A DNA stretch of 64,000 bases from a virus. Positions 56,327-64,000 of the stretch are shown here, piece by piece. The DNA is taken from IMG/VR virus record IMGVR_UViG_3300033571_015173, positions 23,815 through 87,814 of that record; one strand, 5' to 3'. Position 1 is the stretch's first letter; every line of letters begins with the position of its first letter. The notes below the pieces were generated by a model. That model had not been told where the DNA came from and ran no database searches. It saw only the letters and a program-made list of their open reading frames with translations. A program made the position numbers and the translations under genes.

Positions 56327-57535
56327 TCAGTTTTGGAAGGAGCGACCAACCGTTACAAACGTGCTGTTCAGTAATGCATATCCAGAGAATTGCTTCCAGA
56401 TCGCAGTAATGAACCGTTTGAAATCGGTGTTATCGCCCAATGCCACTTCGGGACCTTGGCCCCAGACTCCTTCACCAACTGCCTGTTGGCCAAAGAAGAT
56501 ACCAAGATAGCCAGTCCGAGTAGCAGATCCAGTCGTGATACCAGCGGCGGCAGTGGTGTAGACCAGAGTTGCGTTTTTGGTTGGAAGATTGGTGCTATCA
56601 AAGAAGCGCACACCTTCAAACACAAATCCAGTAGGCATCACATCGCCATACATGAAGCCGGTCTGCCCATACTGACTACCACCAAAGAGAAGCTGGTTAG
56701 GATTCCCCATAAAGTTGCCGGGTGCTGGCATAGAAGGTGCCGACATTGGCATAGTCCCGCCTTGCAGCATGGAAACCGGAACAGCTCCAGGATATTTTGC
56801 AACTTCTCGGAAGTCGCTATTTGCCCGAAGATGTTTGATGAAGATGGGGTCAGCCAAACAATGAGCAACCGGACCAAACGGAGATGGGAACAATGGAACA
56901 TTCCGCTTCCGAATATCAGCAACGACATTCAAAAGATCGGTTGTGACATCAAACTTAGCAGGCCCCACAGCATAGGTGCCACCATCTGCAATCCCCAGAG
57001 GGTTGTAGTAACCACCAACAGTGTCAGAAGCTGCAGTTCCCGCATCAACTTCCAGAAGACGGTTAATATAGACCCGATCCTGCCATTTTCTGTAGTCCCG
57101 AACCAGAGTGAGAGAACCGATACTCTGGTGGAATGCTGCTGCATTACCCAAGTCGAATAATAACCGCTGGGCAGTTAGCAAGGTATAGATGGGAATCCGT
57201 AAGTTACCAGGCTCTGTGAAATCAGCTGAGTTGCCAGATGCAGGACCCGTGAACTCATCGAGAGTAACAATAACCTTGGTCTTGTTAATCTCACGAGATC
57301 CTTGAGTACCGATGGTCTGGGTTGGAGTTCTGCGTCGTGCAGTTTCGGAGAAAGAGGAAGTAGAAGAAGTCGTATCTTCCCAATATCCGTACCTGTCAAG
57401 CTGAACACTTGCACCAGGGAACGCATTAAAGTCATGCACAACCAATGGCTGTACGACAAACTTTGCAATGTAACTCCCGTCAGGTCGGAGCAATTCCGCA
57501 CCTAATAGAGTTGGAAAATCGAGATCGTTGAACAT
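56327..57535 (-). CDS. major capsid protein
   Basis: DFPTLLGAELLRP...VVHDF...VQLDRY...TAQRLL.D...FHQSIGSLTL..DYR.W.DRV matches freshwater cyanophage-type capsids as I recall them; position after portal and scaffold. Confidence 0.85.
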   Translation of the reverse strand: MFNDLDFPTLLGAELLRPDGSYIAKFVVQPLVVHDFNAFPGASVQLDRYGYWEDTTSSTSSFSETARRRTPTQTIGTQGSREINKTKVIVTLDEFTGPASGNSADFTEPGNLRIPIYTLLTAQRLLFDLGNAAAFHQSIGSLTLVRDYRKWQDRVYINRLLEVDAGTAASDTVGGYYNPLGIADGGTYAVGPAKFDVTTDLLNVVADIRKRNVPLFPSPFGPVAHCLADPIFIKHLRANSDFREVAKYPGAVPVSMLQGGTMPMSAPSMPAPGNFMGNPNQLLFGGSQYGQTGFMYGDVMPTGFVFEGVRFFDSTNLPTKNATLVYTTAAAGITTGSATRTGYLGIFFGQQAVGEGVWGQGPEVALGDNTDFKRFITAIWKQFSGYALLNSTFVTVGRSFQN

Positions 57536-57681
57536 TTAAGAATGCTCCATAACTTGAGAGTAGTCAAACTTTCGACCCGTTTGTTGCAATCCTCACCCGG
57601 TCCCAAGCCGAGCGCTTTTAGAATTGTACCCTTATGCTCCTTTCTATCGGTTACATTGCAGGGTTTACCATTCGCTTATAG

Positions 57682-58782
57682 CTAAAATAGCCGCATTCCA
57701 CGAAATCCGCCGCTACCGGAGAGCATGTCAATGTATTTGTAGCGCTCGGAGGCTGGAATTTGTTGCAGGCTCATTTGTTGTTGACCTTGGCCCGCCATTA
57801 CCTGAGGAAATTCAGGACGCATAGGACCTTGAACCCCGGTATTCTGCGCGTACTGATTTGCAGCAGTTGCAGCTTGAGCCAGTTGATTAGGAGGAGCCAT
57901 CATATTGCTCATTCCTGGAACTCCAGGAACCGGAGCCATATTAGGAACTCCGCCACCAGGTAGGTAGGCTGGCAATTGGCCAAAGTCTTGAGGACCATAG
58001 TTGATCTCTTGAGGAGTAGGAACAGGATTTCCATACTCAGCTTCGATCTGTTCACGGTTCAAGTAGTAATTAGCCAACCCTTCAATGGGGCCAGTCAACA
58101 ATCCTTCTAACTGACCAGCATATTGAGATACTTGCTGGTAGGCCGGAATCAATTCTTGCAACTGATCTTCATAGCGACATGCCAAAGCATTCATGTAGAC
58201 AGATGCAATGTCAGGAGATCCGAAGTGATTAGAAAGTTCATCACTTGTTGCCAGATTCTTTTGAAGGGCTTCTACGTTTACTGCGTACTCCAGTTGATTC
58301 AACTGGGCCGACTGGAGGTCCGTAGAGCTGTATTCCTGCTGCGGTGCCCCATAAGTCTGAGGGTATGCCGGAGGTTGGTATGCTTGCGGGATAGGGGCTG
58401 GCTGAACCTGTGCGGGATAAGTTGGAGCCACCATTGGTTGGCTGTAAGTTGGCCCCGCTAGAGCCTGTGATAGAAGCCCCTGGGCTTGGGAGTAAGGAAC
58501 CCCAGTCTGGTAAGGCGATGCCTGAGTTAGAGCCCGAATTGCTTCCTGGGCTACCTGGAGTGCCTGACCAGTTGTATTGGCCGGAGCCACCGGAGCCTGG
58601 GCCTGGGTATAGCCCTGCGGCATAACCGGAGCCTGTGGTTGCATTGGGACTTGGTATTGCATTCCCTGCATAGGGACTTGCGCCATTGGTTGAGGAATTC
58701 CAACCTGAGCCTGCACTTGCGGGATCGAGTAACCCGGAACTGCCTGGGGTGCTGGCGCTGACTGCATTGAAATTTGATCCAT
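57682..58782 (-). CDS. putative scaffolding protein (Q/P-rich)
   Basis: low-complexity plus helical protein between portal and capsid. Confidence 0.55.
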   Translation of the reverse strand: MDQISMQSAPAPQAVPGYSIPQVQAQVGIPQPMAQVPMQGMQYQVPMQPQAPVMPQGYTQAQAPVAPANTTGQALQVAQEAIRALTQASPYQTGVPYSQAQGLLSQALAGPTYSQPMVAPTYPAQVQPAPIPQAYQPPAYPQTYGAPQQEYSSTDLQSAQLNQLEYAVNVEALQKNLATSDELSNHFGSPDIASVYMNALACRYEDQLQELIPAYQQVSQYAGQLEGLLTGPIEGLANYYLNREQIEAEYGNPVPTPQEINYGPQDFGQLPAYLPGGGVPNMAPVPGVPGMSNMMAPPNQLAQAATAANQYAQNTGVQGPMRPEFPQVMAGQGQQQMSLQQIPASERYKYIDMLSGSGGFRGMRLF

Positions 58783-60523
58783 AGGAAGTTTCCCTGATTA
58801 AGCTAAGAATTTGCTGATTGATAATGGGACCCAAGTTAATCGAAGCCGCAAGTGGTATAGCCGGATTCATCGGATCCGGGATAGAAGAAAGCTGCTGCTG
58901 TAATTGTAGTAAAGAACCAATCCAATTCGTTACTTCTCTTCCAAATCTAAATGGAACTCCTGATAGCGAATTTTCAATTTCGTCTGGGTCTTTATCCGGG
59001 AAGAGGAACTCCATTGCCTGAAGTGAGCCAACTCCAAGCTCCTGCATGTTCCTGACAACAATAGAAAGGTCGAGAACATCGCGAGTTGCACTCTCAAAGA
59101 CTGGTCCCTTCCATTTCCATTTAACCTCACGATCACCGTATGGAGGCAATCCTACCACACCTGGAGGGAACATTCCCTGGTTCTGTGTGAAATCACTCAT
59201 CACAAAATCGTCTGGAATATATCCGGTCTTTTCCAGAGATGCTAAATTTTTCTTCGCGTTAGGAGATCCAGTTACAAGCCAGTTTTTGTAACTTAAAAGA
59301 AATGCTTTTTCCTCTATTTCAATCACTGTCTCAAGTAACTTGCATAACCCGTAAGTCCAGAGTGCAGTACACTTCTGACCGGCAGTAGCAGCCACTTTTC
59401 CATACAGTGACTTCACTTCACCAAAGGTCATTCCAGACTTCATGCCTAGTGGATCAATACCACCAAGAGCCTCATGAATACCTTCACGATATTCCTGAGC
59501 GAACCTCCACTGATCTCCGTTGATTGGGTCTGGAAAGACATAGCCAAATCTTTCACCCTCTTGCACATTCCCAATAATTTTTGCAACGTGGCGATCACCC
59601 CAGCCACCATCCATAGAACCGCGAGTGAAGGGATTATCTCTACGAGTGGAAGGGGAGTAGGAAGAGTGGAATCCATTCTGAGAAGACCAGGACGGACGAA
59701 TGGCATCTGTACCATACTCCATCTGTTCTAGAACCTGTTGTGCTGGTCTAGTTGTAACTAGAGTTCCATTGCCAAACATGATCACATTCTTGAGCATGGC
59801 TCGTCTCATGCCATCCTCCGCCTCAATCTGATTATCGATTAAGGTAAATTCACCTTCCCCCGGATCACCCGGTTCAAGTGGGTCATTGCTGGAGACAACA
59901 CAAGGGATTGAACCTAAGGTGTTAACTTGCTCCACCCGAGAGAATGCTCCAGTGTGAAAAGCATTCACAGACATCACTCCATCAGGATAGAGGGAGGGCA
60001 TCATGTGAAAGTGCTCTTCAATAATAGTTTCTGCTGTAATCTTTAGACGAACCCATTTCTTTGCAGACATTCCACTCATTGGATCTGCATAAGCACTTTG
60101 ATTCTTGTTAGTGTAATCATCGTAAGAATAACGGATGATTACTTCTTGAAGTTCTCTACCACCAGGCTTATAATATGCCTTGAATTTTGTTGCGGAATCA
60201 TCTGGTGATCCACCTGCAAACCAGTGGATTTCATAATCTTCTTTTCCACTAGGACGTAAATACCAGAGTAGAGAACCTGTAGCCAAGAACAATTTGACAA
60301 TGCCATACCAATAAAGATCAAGCTTGTTATCTCTAATAACTTTCTCAATCTTTTGTCTTCTCATCTTCTCCAAAGTATCTTGTTTTGGAAAGAATCTTAA
60401 CCCTTGCCGAACCATCCACAACTGCATTTGTCGTAGATGGTTGGCAATGATTAGTGTTTCTCCAGAAACCGATGAAGAAGATTTCTGAACATATTTTTTG
60501 ATGATGTCTTTAGCTCTGGCCAT
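58241..60523 (-). CDS. putative portal protein with long G/S/P-rich C-terminal extension
   Basis: size and position; ALGGID, YGKVAATA and SIVVRNMQELGV motifs of cyanophage portals. Confidence 0.7.
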   Translation of the reverse strand: MARAKDIIKKYVQKSSSSVSGETLIIANHLRQMQLWMVRQGLRFFPKQDTLEKMRRQKIEKVIRDNKLDLYWYGIVKLFLATGSLLWYLRPSGKEDYEIHWFAGGSPDDSATKFKAYYKPGGRELQEVIIRYSYDDYTNKNQSAYADPMSGMSAKKWVRLKITAETIIEEHFHMMPSLYPDGVMSVNAFHTGAFSRVEQVNTLGSIPCVVSSNDPLEPGDPGEGEFTLIDNQIEAEDGMRRAMLKNVIMFGNGTLVTTRPAQQVLEQMEYGTDAIRPSWSSQNGFHSSYSPSTRRDNPFTRGSMDGGWGDRHVAKIIGNVQEGERFGYVFPDPINGDQWRFAQEYREGIHEALGGIDPLGMKSGMTFGEVKSLYGKVAATAGQKCTALWTYGLCKLLETVIEIEEKAFLLSYKNWLVTGSPNAKKNLASLEKTGYIPDDFVMSDFTQNQGMFPPGVVGLPPYGDREVKWKWKGPVFESATRDVLDLSIVVRNMQELGVGSLQAMEFLFPDKDPDEIENSLSGVPFRFGREVTNWIGSLLQLQQQLSSIPDPMNPAIPLAASINLGPIINQQILSLIRETSYGSNFNAVSASTPGSSGLLDPASAGSGWNSSTNGASPYAGNAIPSPNATTGSGYAAGLYPGPGSGGSGQYNWSGTPGSPGSNSGSNSGIALPDWGSLLPSPGASITGSSGANLQPTNGGSNLSRTGSASPYPASIPTSGIPSDLWGTAAGIQLYGPPVGPVESTGVRSKRRSPSKESGNK

Positions 60524-60532
60524 TATTCTAAA

Positions 60533-60820
60533 TTAAGAATTGTATCTGCTTAGAAATTGGGCTTGCCGTTGATCTAAAGGGTTTGGCCCAGTCATTCGAG
60601 TTCCCTGTCCTTGAGATCTTCCGGGACCGCCACTACCATCGCCAGTCTTAGGTGGTTGATAAGCCGTTAAGTCTGGTTTTTGCTCCATTCGAGTTCCCTG
60701 ACCTTGGGATCTTCCGGGGCCACCATTATCAGGTGGTCGATAGCTAACCGATCCATAACCACCTAGCAAGCTGTCATCTGCATACCCTCTCGGAAAAGCT
60801 TGGCCTGCAATTCTTCCCAT
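60533..60820 (-). CDS. small disordered late protein (MGRIAG family)
   Basis: MGRIAG start; GGPGRSQGQGTRM duplicated. Confidence 0.65.
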   Translation of the reverse strand: MGRIAGQAFPRGYADDSLLGGYGSVSYRPPDNGGPGRSQGQGTRMEQKPDLTAYQPPKTGDGSGGPGRSQGQGTRMTGPNPLDQRQAQFLSRYNS

Positions 60821-60822
60821 AA

Positions 60823-61554
60823 TTACCTCTCAATCCAGTTTAGTTCAAACTCGTACTGACCAGCGGTTACAGCATTTCCAGGGACCCACATGTGAACAGC
60901 CATTGTATGGTTGGCGTTAGGCCCGAGACAGACAGGAGGAGCAGATACCGTTACCCTTCTTGCTGTTGTGCCTCCTAATGTTCCTGCATCTCCACCTAAA
61001 CATCCAAATAAAATATAGAACTCTTCAAATAGGATCGGTATTACTGATGATAACTGAAAACGGGAGATGTAGCGAACATTCGCACTGGCTGCAGCTAATG
61101 TTAACGCTCCAAAATGTAGAACCGCAGAAGAAGTTCGAGCACTATCCATATTCACATTGGGTAGTGCTGTAATCTGAGTTCCTCCTGAGGAATATCGAAC
61201 AATATTGTCGATTGCAATTGCACATTCTACCCGAGTTGTCGCGGCAGGTAAGATAGTGGGAATTATTCTTAGTGAAATAGGCTGAATCCTAACTCCATTA
61301 GCTCCTGCATTATTTCGGAGTGTGAGGAGTCCATTCGTTGCAGAAAAGGTTGTTTGAATTGAGGCAGCAATACCTGTACTGATAGTTGGGTTGATAGCAG
61401 AAAAGATAGAGCCTTCTTCTACCAATCCATAATAGGAATTGCCAATGGGAATTTGATATTGCTCTCCATATCTCCCTACCCTCAAAGTTTGCTCAACCGT
61501 GTCTGCAGTAGCAGATGGTAAAGCCCGGTTAGTAACACCAAACATCTGTGGCAT
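60823..61554 (-). CDS. virion structural protein (paralog of 61557-62300)
   Basis: shared QTTFSATN, DNIVRY.SGG and LAAAS.NVR. Confidence 0.6.
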   Translation of the reverse strand: MPQMFGVTNRALPSATADTVEQTLRVGRYGEQYQIPIGNSYYGLVEEGSIFSAINPTISTGIAASIQTTFSATNGLLTLRNNAGANGVRIQPISLRIIPTILPAATTRVECAIAIDNIVRYSSGGTQITALPNVNMDSARTSSAVLHFGALTLAAASANVRYISRFQLSSVIPILFEEFYILFGCLGGDAGTLGGTTARRVTVSAPPVCLGPNANHTMAVHMWVPGNAVTAGQYEFELNWIER

Positions 61555-61556
61555 GG

Positions 61557-62300
61557 TTATTGCTCCATATATGCGAATTCGTAAACAAATTGAGGGGCTA
61601 CAGTAGATGCTGGATACCAAATATGAAGGTTCATACAGTGGCCAGGTCCTAACGAGATGGAAGGAGCTGATGCACTTTTAATAAATCCAGCCGATCCACC
61701 CATTAAACCAATACCAGAATGATGAGATTCTCTGCTAAATACAATATCAAAGACATCATTCGCAACTGGAATAGCAGAAGATATGACCATTCTACCAACA
61801 GCACGAACATTCTGACTGGCTGCTGCTAAGACTACCGCACCTGAATGAGCAACTGCCTGACTTATAACTCCACTCTCTCGATTGCAGTTGAAAGCAGGTG
61901 TATCTAAAACCCCACCACTGGCATAACGAACAATGTTGTCTAGGGTTATTGCTGCATCAATTCTTGTGGCTGTAGTAGGAACTACAGTACAAATCATCCT
62001 AAACCATAAGGGATAAATCTTAGGAGTTAAAGGATTTATAATTGCCGCTGTATTCCTTACTGTAAAGAAACAATTAGTTGCACTAAATGTTGTTTGATTA
62101 GTTGCAGTAGAAGCACCTAAACTTTGCTTTCTAATAATGAAAAAGTTAGCTCTATCAAGTTCTCCTAATTGAGCTTTTACACTATCTATGGGTACGTTAA
62201 AAACATCTCCGTATTTTGCAAGACGGGTAACTGCATTCGTTCCATCACTTGTGGCTAATGGAAGAACTGAGTTGTTAGTTACACCTATAATCTCGCTCAT
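61557..62300 (-). CDS. virion structural protein (paralog of 60823-61554)
   Basis: same shared motifs as 60823-61554. Confidence 0.6.
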   Translation of the reverse strand: MSEIIGVTNNSVLPLATSDGTNAVTRLAKYGDVFNVPIDSVKAQLGELDRANFFIIRKQSLGASTATNQTTFSATNCFFTVRNTAAIINPLTPKIYPLWFRMICTVVPTTATRIDAAITLDNIVRYASGGVLDTPAFNCNRESGVISQAVAHSGAVVLAAASQNVRAVGRMVISSAIPVANDVFDIVFSRESHHSGIGLMGGSAGFIKSASAPSISLGPGHCMNLHIWYPASTVAPQFVYEFAYMEQ

Positions 62301-62623
62301 AAGATAATGTATGCGTAGGTTAGTGTCTCATTTGGAAGGAAGGGGGGAATGATTGATTGCCCCTCTTCTGTTACACTGAAAGCCACATCAAAGGTTCCAG
62401 TTCCTTGACTGACAACATTTGCAGAATAGATGTAGCCTCTATCAGTAGCATTCGTATTATCAGGTCTACGGATGTTGCCAATAATCTTTGAGGTTGAGGT
62501 AACTAATCCATTAGAAATAGTTTGTCTGCGATAAGTATCTCTACTAGTGAAGGCTATTGATTCTGTGTAGACTGTGACTCCGCCTGGAGCTGCAGTGGAG
62601 GGAGGAGCAAAAGAACCGCTCAT
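62297..62623 (-). CDS. putative structural protein
   Basis: TAATG/ATGA-coupled ORF in the late block. Confidence 0.5.
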   Translation of the reverse strand: MSGSFAPPSTAAPGGVTVYTESIAFTSRDTYRRQTISNGLVTSTSKIIGNIRRPDNTNATDRGYIYSANVVSQGTGTFDVAFSVTEEGQSIIPPFLPNETLTYAYIIL

Positions 62624-63870
62624 TATGTGTACCTCGCAATTAAGATGCAATCTGTTCCCACTCCTGCAGTGTAAGTTAATGGAGTGGTAGAAAAACCGAA
62701 GGTAATTCCAGTACTGAATGCTAGACCTTCAGGACCGAAGAATGCGTCATCAAGAAATAAAACTCCAGCATTCGCATAAACTGGATAAGATTCAAGTGGA
62801 GTTCCGCTAGGTGCTCCGGCTGAATTGAAGATCTGAAGATAGCGAGTTGCTGCATTTAGATTTGTACAACTTAGAGAGAAGAGAACCCCTGCTGAAGCTT
62901 TAGCATTTCCTGGTAAGGTTCCAATCTGTCGGTAATTAGTTGTGGCATTGGTTTGGGTGACGGCACCTGCTATAGCTTGAGTACCTGAAGGGATATTTCT
63001 TACGATTAATCCTCTTTCAGTCCCTACAGGTGAAGTTGTTAGAGATTCAAGACCATTACCAGCATTATCCTGGTTTCTTACAGACCAGGTTCCAGTCTGC
63101 CCTACAGACCAACCACCAGATTGAGTAGCGGCTGTAGTCCAACCACCACTCTGGGTGGCTGCTACAGTCCAACCACCAGACTGACTTGCGTTAACACTTC
63201 CCGATACAGTTTGAACACCAGAGGGGATATTTCTAACTATTAATCCTCTTTCAGTTCCTGCAGGTGAACCTGTTAAAGATTCAAGACCATTACCAGCATT
63301 ATCCTGGGTTCTAACAGACCAGGTTCCAGTTTGGCCGACTGACCAAGCACCGGACTGAGTAGCGGCAACAGTCCAAGCACCACTTTGAACAGCATCAACT
63401 ATTCCACTAATAGTTTGAGTACCAGATGGAATATTCCTAACAACTAATCCTCTTTCAGTACCAGTAGGAGCAGAAGTCAGAGCTAGGAGATTATTTCCTA
63501 ACGCATCCTGATTTCTTACAGTCCAAGTACCGGATTGAGTTGCTGCTGCAGTCCAACTACCACTTTGAGTGGCTGCTACAGTCCAAGATCCACCTTGGTT
63601 AGCTGTTATTGTACTTCCAGTGGTGTTTACATAAAGGCTTCCTGATGCATCTGACTTTAGATAACCATAATCACCATCATTTGAAGTGCTGGGTGATATG
63701 GTATCTTGTCGGACTATACCAGCTAATGTTAATTTCTCACCCCCGGTAGAAGGTGAGTCTTCATCATATTGTGTTGCACCGGGTCCACCAGGTCCACCAC
63801 CTGATGCAGCAATTAAATCAACAAGGGCCTGAACAATTCCTTTTATGCTGTATTCATAGACAGTAGCCAC
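62623..63870 (-). CDS. fibre-like protein with TQSGxW repeats
   Basis: three ~75-aa repeats (TQSG.W)n...GTERGL.VRNIPSG; start codon uncertain. Confidence 0.65.
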   Translation of the reverse strand: MATVYEYSIKGIVQALVDLIAASGGGPGGPGATQYDEDSPSTGGEKLTLAGIVRQDTISPSTSNDGDYGYLKSDASGSLYVNTTGSTITANQGGSWTVAATQSGSWTAAATQSGTWTVRNQDALGNNLLALTSAPTGTERGLVVRNIPSGTQTISGIVDAVQSGAWTVAATQSGAWSVGQTGTWSVRTQDNAGNGLESLTGSPAGTERGLIVRNIPSGVQTVSGSVNASQSGGWTVAATQSGGWTTAATQSGGWSVGQTGTWSVRNQDNAGNGLESLTTSPVGTERGLIVRNIPSGTQAIAGAVTQTNATTNYRQIGTLPGNAKASAGVLFSLSCTNLNAATRYLQIFNSAGAPSGTPLESYPVYANAGVLFLDDAFFGPEGLAFSTGITFGFSTTPLTYTAGVGTDCILIARYT

Positions 63871-64000
63871 AGCATGTTACCTTGCGTACTTTGCTTAATG
63901 TTCCGAAGTTCTCAGCCATTGCCTCTTGCCCTTTCTACAGCAGCTTTTACAGTGGCATTATCATTGGCATTAGCCCAACGAGAGACTTTGTTGATTACAG

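Noticed and set aside
56390-57160. 256-aa + strand ORF
   Set aside because: It is the antisense shadow of the major capsid gene.
63856-63920. Programmed frameshift joining upstream MAENFGTLSKVRK to the fibre ORF
   Set aside because: No slippery sequence was seen. The GTG start is an adequate explanation and the region is at the window edge.
1-64000. tRNA/rRNA genes, terminase, integrase
   Set aside because: None was recognised by eye. A tRNAscan-SE and HMM run would be needed to exclude them formally.

Overview
This 64-kb window comes from a tailed dsDNA phage genome (Caudoviricetes). The host is probably a freshwater cyanobacterium, inferred from the capsid protein type and the host-like ClpP, dUTPase, EAL and FGE-sulfatase sequences. 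From about 1 to 42.7 kb, mostly on the + strand, lie early/middle genes: DUF4326, SLOG, NADAR-like, SSB, ASCH, FHA, two HNH-like genes, an FtsK/membrane cluster, a lysozyme-like gene, a 1585-aa protein, Gp157, DUF932, a PD-(D/E)XK exonuclease, a primase-SF3 helicase, an ART-like gene, a degenerate Dam-like gene and ThyX. Many of these lie behind a recurrent 24-bp motif that looks like a phage promoter. From about 42.7 to 64 kb, mostly on the - strand, lies the late/virion block: tail/fibre proteins, portal, scaffold, major capsid, a discoidin-repeat protein, SWIM, ClpP, GT2 and dUTPase. A short + strand island in this block carries a PAS-EAL phosphodiesterase. The standout feature is 22661-25511, an array of 16 hypervariable ~45-55-codon modules, about half of them absent from the ORF track. 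Each encodes only the C-terminal RGGSW-x6-CRSA-x14-GFR segment of an FGE-sulfatase/C-type-lectin domain, which is the classic DGR variable region. They are followed by one FGE core gene that lacks exactly that segment at its C-terminus and is fused downstream of the last module, giving a circularly permuted domain. No reverse transcriptase, terminase, integrase, tRNA or CRISPR array was recognised in the window.
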